Source: Dicyema japonicum (taxonomy: Eukaryota > Animalia > Dicyemida). From it: DNA of 64,000 bases. Shown in pieces: positions 12,350 to 27,425 of the stretch. The notes below the pieces were generated by a model, which worked only from the letters and a program-made list of their open reading frames with translations, made no database searches and was not told where the DNA came from. Made by a program: the position numbers and the translations under genes. The stretch spans positions 621,189 to 685,188 of the forward strand of contig RDEW01000024.1 of assembly GCA_011109175.1 (NCBI GenBank). Reading direction: 5' to 3'. Within the stretch, counting starts at the first letter, position 1; each line of letters begins with the position of its first letter.

Positions 12350-13223
12350 TATTATTATTATTATTGTTAAAGCACTTTCACGAAAACATTAATGATTATA
12401 GCTCCGCATGTGCATCACTCAAAAAAACAATATTTATAGTTTGTCTTTTCCTCTTCCTTTGTCGAATGTGAGTGATCTCAATTCGTCCAGGTTGTCCCCC
12501 GTCTTTAGATTTTTTCTCACACGATTTAGGTCTTTGTTTAAGTCAGTCGGAAGTGTCGATCTAGGTTGTCCGTGGAAGGGTTTTTCGCAACTGTCAAAGT
12601 AATCTTCCATCGCTTTGTTAGCGGGTGCGTCCGGGTTAATTCTCAGTACATGCCCAAATAGCGTCCACCGGGCGTCTATCACATCTTTGCTGATGTAAGA
12701 ACACATACACTTGTTGTAGATACCAGTGGTTAAAATTCTACATGGCAACTCCAGTAAGCTTCTTATTCTTCTATAGAAACGAATCCAATTTCAATAGTTC
12801 GTTGAAGGAACTTCCCCATGTCCCAGCGTTGTACAGTAGGATCGGTTTCACAAACGCGTTGTAGAGCTTGCATCTGATGTCAATTCCGAGTCCTTTGGCC
12901 CTTATTCATCCTTTCTTCAGTTTAGCTATTGCCGCATTTGCCAGTGTTTTCTTCCTAGTCATCTTTAGTGTCTCCTAGTAGAGAGCCGAGCTTATTAGTA
13001 CGTCTCCATCTTTCATGAGTAATATTGTCTTCTCTTTTGATTTCCGTAACTTCAGTTTTGCTTACATTTACGCTGAGAAAACAATTCTCAAGCTCCGCAG
13101 GTGCATATTCTGATAGGTGTTGGAGTGTTGTCACGTCCAGTGATACGAAATCCACATCATCGCGTAAGATGTGTCTTCTATATCTCCTAAATATCATTTA
13201 CTAGGTCGCGGAGTGCAGATTCT
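12350..13223 (-). mobile_element. Second RTE family member, 3' remnant with (AAT)n tail
   Basis: DDVDFVS, KLGSLLGDTKD and RWTLFGHVLR...GQPRSTLP, paralogous to the 6633-8327 RT. Confidence 0.85.
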
Positions 13224-13399
13224 GGATATGGAGAGACGATTCAAATTCAATTGAGCTTCCAGGTTTCATTTATTGACGAGATTTTAATAAATTAAAAAAT
13301 TGACGCTTCTTTATTAAAAAATAATAAATTTTATCTTGGAGTCGTGCCAGTTATTAATTGTCTCTATAAAGCACTGAGCAAACTGACCCGATTTAGAAT

Positions 13400-13745
13400 G
13401 ACATTATCAGCTAAGAAGACGCAGCAACAGAGATGTTTTACATAAAATAAAGCAAGCCAATGTCGCTTTTCTTACTGCAAGGTATGAACTCAGCCGAATT
13501 ATCGCTATGAGTTGCATGTCTAACGGTTAAAGATCTCATAAAGCATTGCTTTGCAAAAACGGCTGATATTGTGTGCCCACAGAAAGCACAGTTATTTAGG
13601 ACATTTCATTAACCAGGAACATTGTTGCTGGACGGATTGATGAAATGGTGGATGATTTGAAACAACAGTTGAAGGGTGCAAGATCTAAATTTGAACACTT
13701 TTTTAGCGCAATTGATGAAGAGATAGTAAAGTCGAAAAGATTTTG
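13400..13745 (+). mobile_element. hAT transposase fragment (GTF2IRD2/Spin-like)
   Basis: ASYELSR.IAM...CPQKAQLFRTISLTRN...RIDEMVDDLKQQL. Duplicate of 34527-34928. Confidence 0.7.
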
Positions 13746-14069
13746 AAAAATGGAAGCTTGTCAAAGACATGTTACTATTACAAGAGTCCAAAACTTTGAA
13801 TGCCCCGTTGAAACAAATCGTGAAGAACAGGATTCGTGGATTCCTAGGAAAGAACACAATATTTATTTTGTATTCTTATAGTTTTCAGTCCATTCGATGT
13901 TAGATCTCCAGTTTTTTAGACGGTAACCTTTAGTAGTCAGTAATCTTTAATTTGGTCGCGAATACCGCACAAAACTAAACATTGTCTTGTCGATCCAGAA
14001 TGTCAAACATAACCTTGTACGAGAAGATGAGGTGGGCGACTCGAGTGAAAAAAGACGCTCGATAAATTT

Positions 14070-14875
14070 TGGTTATAATCCCTAATGTTCTGTAACGATA
14101 ACTTTAATGCAGAATCATTTGCGATCGACCTATTTTACGTGAATTATTTATCGACCATAAATAAAAATTTTATTAAAACGAACGAAAATGTTGTTGCATT
14201 TCGTATTGATGAGTTCGGTCTTAGGAACACATAAGAATATTATAAGTAATGTTGCGAGTTTTTCCGTTTATTTGACATATTAATTTATAGAAACATTTTC
14301 TTATTCTTTTCCAAAATGTACTTGAGTTTTTGAAACGTTAATATTTTCTAAATTTTAAGATAATGAAGGAAGAATAGAAATTGAATCTGATGATATAGAA
14401 GTATTAATATAAATAAGTTTTAGACTTTTTTATCAGAAATGTCATCACTTGATCCAGATGAATTGTCAGATGAAGAAAAAATTAAATATTTAGTTGTAAA
14501 ATACTAACCATGTAGATAAAATTTTTGGAAAATGTATCAGAATCTTTAAAAAGGTTTCGTGAAAACAATCCTCATAGAAAATTCGATGAACATACAAAAA
14601 AAGCATTAATTAACTTAAATATCTTTAAAAGAGCGCTTGAGGATGAGAGCTGTTTAAACCAATAATATATTTTAGTTCCTACCATTTACTTCACTACTTT
14701 TGACATATTGCTAGTATTTATAAGTATAATTTGTAGGAATTTATTAAAAACCACCGTTTTGTACCTTATCGAAATTTTTTGGTAAAAATAATTTCTCAGT
14801 TTAGATACAATTAATAGAATATCTCATAGTATATATTACAGCACTATCTGAAGCAATGAGGGATACTAGCTATGT
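14070..14875 (+). pseudogene. Gene family X, copy 2
   Basis: Same five micro-introns (e.g. 14652-14675). Body most similar to copy 4. Confidence 0.6.
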
Positions 14876-17650
14876 TCCAAGTTACCTATTTGTTTAAATC
14901 TGCAGAAAAACTGATTTTTTCCATGGTTTTGGCTATGCCAGCTCTGGCAGTTCTTCAAAATTAATCCTTCCGTTACTAATATAAACTCTGGTTTTGTTCG
15001 GACTTGGGAATAATTGGTTTCTATTCTTTTGGTTGTTTCATACTTTTGCTTCTCATAAATCATTACTGACATTATTCAAATCTCTCCCGTTTTCGGAAAG
15101 AAATTCATTAAGTATAAAAAAATATTGCCGATTAGGTCAGTCTGTAACAATTTTTTATTTTCATAATGATTTGTATCTGAAAACTGATGATCATAGGTCC
15201 CATTCATTTACTACCCGTTTAGAATCTTGTCCCGTCCATCTCAACTTGAGATTCTAGATATCTCCCGTGTTTCTTGCCTTAAGATTTCAATGACGAATCA
15301 ACATGGAACTTGACTGCCCACTGGGACTGATTGTCTAACAAAAGAAAGGAAATAAGTCAATAACATTCCTGATGCCTTGTCCCCATTATTATAACTGTTC
15401 TTTAAATAAAAATTATGTCTTGTCAATGTGTAAGTTACTAGAGTAGACACTACTAGAGTATGGGTTTTGGTATTTACCCTTTTTAGTTCACAATAAAGCC
15501 AAAATGCTCATTGATGATGTCTGAACACAAAACGCCATTTTGTTTTAGAATTTTTTGCATTTTTTATTTTTCGAATAATAAAATTAATTGATAAGACTGG
15601 ATCTTAAGTAACAAAGACTTTGGCTTTGAGATCTTTGAATTTCAAAATATTTATGTCGCATCTCTATTTTCTCTTGTCGATCTTAATTTTTACTTTAACG
15701 AAGTTTAGGGTATTTTTAGGCTTCTTGTGACAAAAGTCCTGCTACAGTATGGACTTTCCTACAGGAACCTCAGTTCTTTCTTGTGGTTCAATTCGCGTTG
15801 TGATGTACAAGTCAATGATCGCATCTCTTTTCTGAAAGCTTGTCCTTTTCTATGTGACTTTTTAATAGCCGATCTTCGTCCTCATCTAAAGTATTGTCGA
15901 GGCGTTTGTGTAAGGTAATCTTGATTCCTGCTCTCCTCGACTTTTTAAAAAGGGAGATAACAGCTCCTTCAAGTCCATAGAGAACCTATGGACTCATCAA
16001 ACATGAAAAAAATAATAACATTTTCGTTTGCAGTTTTAAATTCGTATAGCGTACTCCTAGTTCTCTCGAAGCTGTTCCGAGTTACTTACAGATTTCACAA
16101 CATTGATTATACATTGGCAGCTGTGGTGCTGACCTCTTTCATTTTGACCTAAAAACTCAATTGCACTAGATTTTTAATTTGACAACTTTAATCCTTCAAG
16201 ACCGAACCAGTCTTTTGTCTTTTCCATATATCTATTTAGTCTCTTCTCCGAGGTCATGCTCGATCTCTACACGTCAACAGTAGTAAGTTGTCTGGGTATA
16301 TCAGAGACTCGTATTTGGTGAACACGGAGTCAGGAAACCGGCCATCAGAACGTTAAACAAAAGAGGTCTCAATACCTGTGTGACTCCTTCTTCAATAATG
16401 TCATATTTAAATGATAGCGTCCACACATAACATATCAGTTCTTCCATCTAAGTATTCTTTGATCTAAATCACCAGCTCTTTTGAGCTTCCAGTCCTTTTG
16501 CTCCCTCACGCCTATAACAAGGTTTTCAGTGATGATACCATCATCCACTTCAAGTATCTTTCCTCTAACCTAGAGTTACCTCTTCTTCTGCATAGTAGCA
16601 GCCATCAGGTCTCTTGAGTTTTATCTTGTTTTCGATTGACTCTAGACTCCTCACTCTCCGATTCGTAGCTGAGAGTTCCACTTATTCTCAGTTCTGAAAC
16701 AGTTCACCAATTGCTATTACAGGTTGCCGATTTTGTGAAACAAGGTTAAGCGGTCCTGTGGATCTGCATCTTCTCAGTTTAGTCCTTAAGGCAATCTTCT
16801 TGATGTACAAGTGAATAGAGACAACAGCATTATTTTTTGAGTATAGCAGCGGAATGTGGTCGCTGCTAATATCCTGATCAGTAATTGGTACTTCTGAGTA
16901 TTCTGTACTCTTGTTATTTAGAAGATCTCCACCAAAAATGGCCATCGAGCTTTCAAAAAACTCAGAGATCTTTCTGGTACATTCTCTAGAGATTTCGAAT
17001 ATAGACCGCTAATTGTGACCCAATCTTCAATGAATAAACTTTTATCAGTATCGAAAAAACACGACGCTACCAGAGATCCATTACTTTCACTTCGAGCCTG
17101 GTGGTCCAGGGCAAGCGAAGAGATCCCGACTTCTCTCCCAGTGAGAAACTGATGATGTCCATATCCCAAACGAGAAAGTTCCACTCTGAGAGTCTTCGGG
17201 AAAAACACTTCTTATGCGCTAATCTCAGAAGGTCTTCGCTCCAGTACATTGTTCTCTTCAACGGTTCGTATGGCACGCGTAAACAAAAACTTACGTAAAG
17301 GTTCTCCGTATGTGTCTTTGGTTAGTGGATTTAAATGACGGAAAGATTGGCTGGCTTGAGTGTAGCGATTGTTTAATATACTGTAAGCTCTTCTTTTCAA
17401 AGTGGTCATCCAGAAAGAGAAATTTGTCTCCCACTGTAAGTACCCAATAGGAGATGATTTCAAACAGCCAGTTACTGAAGTTGGATCTGCAGCAAACTTT
17501 GTAGGAGAGATTGATATGCGTGTAGCCCGGCTTGGAGAGGCATAATTCGATGTCGTCCATTGAATTGCTTGTTAGACACTCCTTCTGAATGTCGCTGAGG
17601 TAGAGACTAAAATGGGGGAAATGGATGGACAGGATTTTTAGAAAGGTTGC
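14875..17650 (-). mobile_element. Longest copy of composite repeat Y (unidentified segment + SINE-C + APE/RT LINE remnant)
   Basis: GGDL..NKSTEY..SSDHIPLLY (APE) and downstream RT motifs. Colinear with 1400-3660. Confidence 0.75.
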
Positions 17651-17989
17651 ATTTCATTTTGACAGCGGGAATTGGAATATATTATTGTCGACTGTCTCTT
17701 TTAAGTAATAAATGAGGAAGTACTGAATACTACTCGTATAAAGGATGCTATATCTCTGCAAAACTAAGCCTGCTCAATTTGAAAATACACTTGCAAAGAC
17801 ATTTGCAAATTAGTATCTTATACGAAAAGACTCTACTGGAAAATATTAGAATCGCTTAAAATACAACATTAGTACTTCTTAAATGTCAGTCAAAATGGAA
17901 TATCTCATAATTCTTCAAAATAAGATTTATTAATTTTTTTTTAAAGCAAAAAAATTTTTTAACAATTAAACAAATGTCAGTTGAGGAAG

Positions 17990-18180
17990 CCTGCTGCGTG
18001 GATTGCGAACGAGTTCCCTCGGAGTATGGCTATTCCAATCTTTTGTCTTAGCCATAACCCTTCTCGTTGATCCCTTTTCTTCCTGGCAAGCAATCCTCCG
18101 AGTTCTTGCAAGAATTCAGTCGTCATTGGACCAACGGCTCCCGATGATTCGGTCGCGATTGGAGGAAGACGTGCTCCTGT
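17990..18180 (-). mobile_element. CRE-like retrotransposon 3' (REL endonuclease) fragment
   Basis: PIATESSGAVGP...RDQREGLWLRQKIGIAILRGNSFAI. Confidence 0.7.
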
Positions 18181-18289
18181 AATTTTAAATTGACTCTAGC
18201 GTGATTTGCGGTGTATTTGTATTTTTCAAATTTGAGCAAAAGACACTAAATAAAAAAATAAGTCAATTTAGTATTCAATATCAGCTGCA

Positions 18290-18540
18290 GAGAAAAAAGA
18301 AATACTTAAAGCAAAGAAGTACACATGCCTCGGCGAGCAGTACACATTTGAACCAGTCGCAGTCGAAACTTCGGGAGTCATAGGAAGCAGGTCGTTAGCC
18401 CTGCTCAACAAAATTGGATCGTTAGTCGCTAAAAGGAAGAGGGATGTCAGAGAGAAGGGCTGGCTCATTGAGCGCATCTCCTTACAGATCGTAAGGGGAA
18501 ATGCGCTCTCAATTCTGAGAGCAGCCAGTAGCCTTTAACT
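18290..18540 (+). mobile_element. CRE-like retrotransposon 3' fragment
   Basis: FEPVAVETSGVIG...REKGWLIERISLQIVRGNALSI. Confidence 0.7.
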
Positions 18541-18769
18541 ATTTGGTTTTATTCTTTAATAAATTGTTATTGGTTTAAAAAAAAAGAAAAAAGTATTCAA
18601 TATTTAAAATGTTGTTTCGTCATATTTCCTAGTGGTGAAAGACGACCTTTCTTTTTATAATACTCAAAGTCATTTTCTAACAAGGCTATGAAGCCTTCTA
18701 GATCAAGTCAGCATTTACGAAGGTTCCTATATATTATTAAAATATAGGTCCATCTAAATAATTCCAACC

Positions 18770-20028
18770 AGCCGCTGACGTTTTTTCAAAAGTTACGGGG
18801 AAACAAAAAAATCAACGGAGCCTGGAGAAAATATTTTCCAGTAATAATAAACGTAGTGATGATGGCGTTGTTGCATCAGACAACATCGCTTTACTTATCG
18901 CCAAGTCGTGGAAACCGCAGAAAATTGGGGAGGAACTGATAATACCATCAATTCATGAATACAAAAAACAGTAATGCACCAACCTTCCCAGAATATTATT
19001 AAGTCGATTTCGCTTAGCAACAATACGATACAGAGACTTATTGATGATATGGCTTCCGATGTGGAAAACGATCTTTGTTTAATACAGAAAAATACGGAAT
19101 TCAGTCTGCAATTAGATGATTCAATTATTCCTGGAAATGACTCATTATTGCTTGCATATGCACGTTTTGTCAAGGATGATCGAATTATGCAGCAATTACT
19201 TTTTGCCCGAAAGCTTGAAACTGATACAAAGGGGAAATCAATGTTCGAAAAAGTCCATTTTTCCGTCTTAAAGATATACCATTAACAAATATAGTTGCAC
19301 GTGCAACTGATGGGAACCTTCAATGATTGGTCGCTTTCACGGTTTTATGGCATATTTAAGACAACACGCATTAAAATGACTATTCATTTTGTGATCCATC
19401 AACAGCATCTGGTTGCTGAAAATACAAATGGTGGTCTACATGACTCTCTCAATACAGTTATTTCTGCTATTAACAAAATTAAATCCAACTCTTTAAATTC
19501 ACTTTTTTACGAGAGCTGTGTATTGAAAATGATAATTTTATGTGACTATTAAAAAATACTGATGTACGGTGGTTATCAAAGGCGACTTATTTATTTTAAA
19601 TAAATAAAAATAATGTGATTATTATTTATTTTAAATTATTATTTTAAATAAATAAATAATAATCAAAGGGACTGTTTGGCGCGGATTTTTTCTCTTTTCA
19701 GCACTGTTGTAGAATTTTTCGAAATTTTAAACTCTCAAATTGGCCCGGAACTAGAATCCGTTAAACATGATGTGGATTACTTAGCGAATATTTTTCTAAA
19801 TTTAATGAACTTGGACATTGCTGAAAGAAAAGATCTACGAATTAAGCTTACAAACATGAACCCGAATATGAGAAACTTGTGTCTAATTTTTTTGCAACAT
19901 CATTTTTTTACATTAATTATTAAATTTTTTTATTTCCAACTCGCTACCACATAAGTTTTCCTGGTGGGCGATATTTTTTAATAGTTTGTTAAAGGGGGCG
20001 ATGTCCTGAATAATTTTAGGAACCCCTG
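18770..20028 (+). mobile_element. Degenerate hAT/Buster (ZBED5/SCAND3-like) transposon with 3' TIR
   Basis: IAKSWKPQKIGEELIIP, ISLSNNTIQRLIDDMA, FSLQLDDS, LLAYARF. Ends in TTAGGAACCCCTG followed by GTCTAGAC (20029-20036). Confidence 0.85.
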
Positions 20029-20300
20029 GTCTAGACTCTTCCTTCTGCAGTCCTACAAGCTGCCTGATAAACTCAGAAGTACTTTCCTTCTTTTCTAATC
20101 ATCAGCAGCCACGTTTCTTTACTTTTTCTAATCTTCAACACTACTCACTGCTGAACACGGCGCAACGATGACTTGAACAGCTTGGTGTTAGAGTACGTTG
20201 AATTCCTAGCAAGTATGTTTAATTGTATTTTCACGTGATTACGAGGAAAATTTGAGAAAAATCGCCATTTTTATTTTAATAATCAATTTGTTATTTTTTA

Positions 20301-20577
20301 AAGGTCGCTAGTTCGAATCCCGATACTGCACATTTCGGTGAAAGGTTCCACGCATCAATATGTTTTAGCTTGACAAGTGACGCACTCATCAGTGAACTTC
20401 ACTGCGGAACAATCGTCTATACAGGAAATACACCCAAGAAAAAAGAAAACAAAAAAGTGAAGAGCATTCCTTGATCCTCCCTCGATTAGCAATCATAACT
20501 GTTCTTTGCTTAAAATAAGCGTGTGTTGGAGCGATAACGGACATGACTCCTAGGAAAGTGCGAATATTATTATCATT
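20301..20577 (+). mobile_element. tRNA-derived SINE, subfamily B
   Basis: AGTTCGAATCCCG B-box, GGTTCCACGCATC core and ATT tail. Confidence 0.75.
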
Positions 20578-21149
20578 TAAAAAAAGCTTTTTTAAAAAAA
20601 TTAAATTATTCTCTAAACTTTTTAATTGGATCCATCCTATTATTTTTTATTGTAAAAGTGATAAACTAATCAAAAAGTAATTATCTTATTTTTGCAGAAT
20701 TGATTGATGTGGTAGTGCACCTCATGATCGCTATGGAGACTAACGGGATGACCAATCGCGTTTCACGATTATCATGGCGTCTGAATGAGGCAATAAATCC
20801 GAGTTCCATGATGAAGATCAGGGACTTGATGATTATCCTCAAAGTCGTCTCAACACAATCATGCGGAAATATTAAATGTTCTCAACTAACTAATTGATCC
20901 CCGACTTACAAAGGAGAGGAAATGTACTGCGGAGTCGAGAATCCTATACTGATTTTCTAATCAGGCAATCGTCTCAAATTTTATATGTTTTTAGATATTT
21001 TGATACTCTATGAAACAGGGGGAGCTTGGTAGACTGATATCCCTGTAAATCCGTCGAAACCTGTCACTTATTTGATCAGTGAATTATTCCCAAGGATGAA
21101 GGACCAGTCTTTAATCAATTTCGTTACTACGACGACGTCATCGAATAAA

Positions 21150-21430
21150 ATTTGATTGATTTGCTACTCGCTAGATACATATATTCCAGTAACACTCCAT
21201 TTGCTGCTGTAGAACATCCAGGAATTGTCAAATTCGTCCAAATGCTTCTTCCTGGGCATCGTTTACCCTCTCGTCATCAAATCATTGCTCGATCTTGTGT
21301 ACGACCAAATACATGACGACTGTCGACAAACACTCCAGAACAAGACAGTGTCTATGATATTGGACGGGTGGAGTAACATTCATAATGAACCTGTTATTTG
21401 TGTGTTAGTTGTAACATCGGATGATTAAAT
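21150..21430 (+). mobile_element. hAT-type transposase fragment (DUF659-like)
   Basis: TPFAAVEHP...LPSRHQI and MILDGWSNIHNEPVIC. Confidence 0.6.
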
Positions 21431-22446
21431 AATAAAAAAATTAAAAATTAAGATAATTTTTATTTTAATGAAAATTTATTCTGAAATTTTATATTATAAG
21501 TTTAATCATATTTGTGTGAATAATAGATAAATTTTATTTTTATTGCATTAAATATTTAAAAGTTGCTATATAGAAATGAAAACAAGGAAATTTTAAAAGG
21601 GGAGATCATCGATTTAAATATAGTTAAAATTTAAATGACAGCAAATAGAGTTGCAATATAAATCCTAAAAATAAATTTATTTGCATTGAAAATCTAGAAT
21701 AAAGATGGACTGTGCCAAAAACCAAAGAAACACTCAACGTTTCTCGATTATTCTGTTACTGCCGAGACACAGTTTGGGACCCTCCTGAAGAGAACGAGCG
21801 CTCAAATGATACTCCCGAAGCTCCAGTGTGTTCCCCGAGTTTATAGAAAGTGCGTCGGATCGTAAGAGGAACATCGAGAAAAGTTTGAGAAGCCTTCTAA
21901 GAGAAGCTGGAATCACCTTTGGGCATGTTTCTGCCTTAACTTAGCAGTAATTTTGGTTTTCAATAACTAAATAGTTTTTGCTAATAATTTTTTTCAAATT
22001 ATTTTTATTACAAAATCATTGAATATTAAAACAAAATATTTTTAACAAAAAATTAAATTGAGCGAATTGACATATTAATGTCAAAAATTGGACAAAAGCG
22101 TGTTAAAATTATTTCAGCTTATTGTCTATCCAAAATTTTTATGTGGAACTCACTCAGTCAGAGATCAATCATCTCGGCTATTTTCTCCCCTTTTTGTTTT
22201 AATTTTTAACAAAAATTAAATATAACCAATTAAATAATTAATATCAAAAATGGACAAATTGAAAAATTTCAGCGTTATAGTCTCCTAATATTTTATATGG
22301 AAAGCAGATCTCTCTTCCATTTTTGTTATCAACGATTTGATGCCACGTCGATGTGCATTAGAATGTAAAATTATTCTGTGACTAAATTATATTATTGCTA
22401 ATAACTGAGCATTTAAATACCAAAAATCTCCTCTTGCGGAACAAAA

Positions 22447-23916
<1,470 letters not shown>

Positions 23917-24519
23917 TACGATTATGTGATTATTAATAGTCGGAATATGGCCTTTGATATTATGCCCAGTTGTTTTAAGGTCTCCCATCTAAATGAGAAT
24001 GTGGGTGAGGTTGACTATATACAGATAGGCATTGAGGACTCTGAGGAAGATTTAACTACTACTCCTTCGTCTGAGCAGGATCAGAATGTTTAGTGATAGT
24101 TTCACTTATTAATTTATGATGAAATTTTTTATTTTTTGAATTTATGTTTCGTGTATTGCGGTAAATTTAAGGGCTTAAGTAAGCAGTTTAACGTTATAGA
24201 ATGGCTTGGTTGCGATCAGTGTAGGTTCGATTTTCACGATGGTATTTATTTTTTGAAAGATTTTTTTTTTTGAATTTTATTTATTGTTAAACAGAATAAA
24301 AAACAAAAAAGTCATCGGCTGCCCTGACTGCGTGGCTGTTGTCTCTCAGGATACCAAGTGAGGTTTGCTTTCATAAATTCTTAATGGGCTTGTGGATTAT
24401 TTTAGTGGTAGACCCTCAGTGGCTGGCATCTAAATATCTTTGTCTTGCTTCAGTTCAAACAACGGTACAAAATTTTCATTTTTACTCAGATTTAATCAAT
24501 ATTCTGTGTTTTTTAGACT

Positions 24520-24700
24520 CTCCTACATCGAAATGCCTCTGGAGCATGTCCGCCGTTGAGAAGGCCGAGAGATCAAAACGAGTGAAATACGCAGACTACC
24601 GAGGATTTTTTGTTAGTTCCACTTGCAGTTGGAACGTCCTTTTCCCTTGCGCCTTCTGCGTAGAACAGTGGGTTCAAGCCTTTTTTCCTGCCCCCTTTGA
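24520..24700 (+). mobile_element. CRE-like REL fragment
   Basis: AVEKAERSKRVKYADY...VPLAVGT. Confidence 0.5.
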
Positions 24701-24971
24701 GTAAATTTAACTTTTTTAGAATTTTATTAAATTAATAACTCAGTAATGTTTTTTGCTCGTAAATGAATAATTTTATTAAAAATTGATAATCTTTGAAACA
24801 TGACTTTGAGGCAACATTTCAATATTAGGCTTGATTCGGCTTAAATAAAGTGGAACATCACCTCACTAACTTTAAATTTATTTCGCTCACTTCAGTAAAT
24901 AATTACTGAGCTGAACCTCTTCAGCAGATAAGTCAATTTATTTTTAAAACTCAATATGAAATGATAGACCT

Positions 24972-25241
24972 ATGCTCGCTTCATCCACATCAATGCAAAA
25001 TTTCTTAAATAATCTGTCACGAAAGAGGAGGAAGTACCAGAGAATTTCGGAGGAGTATCTTTTTGTTCCATTCGCGGTGGAAACGTCAGGAATCTTTGGG
25101 CCCCAAGCAGATGAGTTGGTTCGTAAGATCGGCTCCATGATTCAAGCTGTGACCAAGGATCCGCGAGAGACTGGTTGGTTCCGAGAACGTATCTCGTTGG
25201 CTATTGTTAGGGCAAATAGCATGGCCATTCATATGCCTTAA
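24972..25241 (+). mobile_element. CRE-like retrotransposon 3' end
   Basis: KRRKY..EEYLFVPFAVETSGIFGP...RETGWFRERISLAIVRANS. Confidence 0.75.
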
Positions 25242-25324
25242 TCTAATTTTTACATTTAAAAGTGTTCTAATTTTAAAAAAAATCTGTCATAGTGTTGGAT
25301 TTTATTTTAGTTTTTATGACAATA

Positions 25325-27425
25325 CAGTATACTCTCCTAAATTTGCTAATTCTCAGATTTGCCATTTTTTAATATTTCAATTTTAGTGGAAATTTGCCAA
25401 TTCCGAAATTTGCTAGAATTTTTTAATTTTTTATAAAAAATACTGAAAATTAAAACAATGAAACTTTATTCAAGTACATGCCTCGTTGTGATTCTAGTGG
25501 TCGAAATAAAAGATTCACTGTCGAACAAAAAGTGCAAATATTAACGACAAGGACGACAAAACATATCATGCCAAAGAATCGCCGATAAATATTCCTTTTT
25601 GTTTAAGATGAACATTTTCCGAAGGACAGCTATCTTAAAGAGTTGTGAGTCAATTTTGGAACAATTCAAAATTAAAAATTCATCAACAAAAACAGTCATA
25701 AAATTAAAGTTTTTGCAACTTGATGAAAAGCTTGTTGAGCGGGTGGATTCGATGGAAGCAAAAGGTATTCTTAATGTTTTTAAATTTTAAGGTGCATTGT
25801 TGAACGATGCATTAATATCCAGTAAAGCAGAATTCTTCGTTAAGCAACTTTCTCACGACTATTTCAAAAACTCATGGATTTTTATCCAAATTTAAGAAAA
25901 GGCATGGATTTCGGATGAGGAAATTACATGGACAAATGTGCACTAAGAAAAGTGTCGATATTGAAGGGTTTCTCAACGAATTTCAAGAAGTTTCAAAGTC
26001 AAATACCTGTGACAGAGATATAACCTGGATGAAACTGGGATTTTTTACAAGCTTATTCCATCCAGAAGTCTCTGCGAGACTCCGTTTGGAGGATACAGGA
26101 ACTTCAAAGATAGAGTATCTGTGATGTTATGCAAAAATGTGATATCGGTGTTCTGTTTCGTATTACAGTTCCAAAAGAACATGGATGACGGATTTATTTT
26201 ATTAACTGGATGAGAAATTTCCATAACTTTTTGAGGGCAGAGAAGAAATCAATTTTGCTTTTTATAGATAATTGTCCTTCCGGGTGGCTTAGTGGTTAGG
26301 TGTCGGGCTTAAGTGGCTTAGGCTACGGGTTTGAATCTCGCTGCTGTTCACCTGGTGGAAGGTTCCACGCATCAACGATGCAGAAAGGGTTTGACGAATG
26401 ACGCCGTCATCAGTGGATACTCACTGCAGAACTGGATTGTCTAGAAAGGACACTCACACAAGAAAAAAAAGAAGTGAAGATCAATCCTTGGTTCTACGAT
26501 TAGTTAAAATTAACTGTTCTTTACTTAAGTGTGTGTCCTGCCTATGCGGAGCTATAAATACTATGGCTCTCGTGAAAAGGCTTTATTATTATTAATTGTC
26601 CTTCTCATTGCTTACCATCGAATTTGGAAAAATATAAAAATATTGTTCTTTCCAAAAAATGCTACAGGAATAAATCAGCCAATGGATTTGGGAGTTTATT
26701 AAAACATTCAAAGTCCACTTTAATAGACACAACTTGGAGTATCTTAGTGGATTATTAGAAAAAAACATGTCAGTTTATGAATCATATAAAAATTTGAACC
26801 TTAAAGACACTGTTCTATTTATAAAAATGGCCAGGGAAGATGCATCCCCTAAAACAATCAAAAATTGTTTTCAAATTCTAAAAAATCGGGTACTAGCACA
26901 GCTTTAGTAAATGTGAACATAGGAAATATTATCTATAGCGGATATTCACAATCCGATTGAAATCAAAAAATTATGTCTATAAATTATTCTGAAAAAATGC
27001 AATAGATGAAGAAGAAATAACATCATTAATTGATGATAATGAAATACTCATCCATGAAGCAACTACTGAACTGAAATCCCTAAACAAGAATGAAATACCA
27101 TCCAAGTTAAGCGAAATTGAAAAGGATCTTCTTGAGAAGGTTGAAAACGAAGAGGACGTCGTCTTTATTAAATCTATTAGATGATTAATGGAAATATCAG
27201 AAATATAAAAAAGATCAAATGGGAATAGAATTTTCTATAAAATTTAATACTTCATTTTTTTAAATAATTTTTTTTCGCAATAAAATCAAATTTAGTTATT
27301 TTCATCGATGAGAAATTACCAAATAAATATTTTAGAATTATTGATTAATTCTGAAATTTGCCAATTCCCAAATTTGCCGCAAAAAATGCTGGAATCAAAA
27401 ATGGCAAATTTTGGAGAGTTCACTG
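25325..27425 (+). mobile_element. Complete but degenerate Tigger/pogo DNA transposon
   Basis: About 22-bp imperfect TIRs (CAGTATACTCTCCTAAATTTGC / GCAAATTTTGGAGAGTTCACTG) flanked by TA. CENP-B/DDE_1 motifs DETGIFYK, DRVSVMLC and FIDNCPSH. Confidence 0.85.
26281..26592 (+). mobile_element. Full-length tRNA-derived SINE, subfamily A
   Basis: A-box TGGCTTAGTGG, B-box GGTTTGAATCT and (TTA)n tail. 12-bp TSD TAATTGTCCTTC at 26269-26280 and 26593-26604, splitting the Tigger DNCP motif. Confidence 0.9.

Noticed and set aside
14652-14675. Non-standard genetic code (shared in-frame TAA in family X)
   Set aside because: The TAA lies inside a conserved 24-nt GT-AG intron, and identified genes end normally in TAA, TAG or TGA.
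26281-26355. Functional tRNA genes (also ~24190-24245, 32985-33055 and 44205-44285)
   Set aside because: A/B boxes are present but there is no complete cloverleaf, and the best examples are SINE heads with TSDs and tails.
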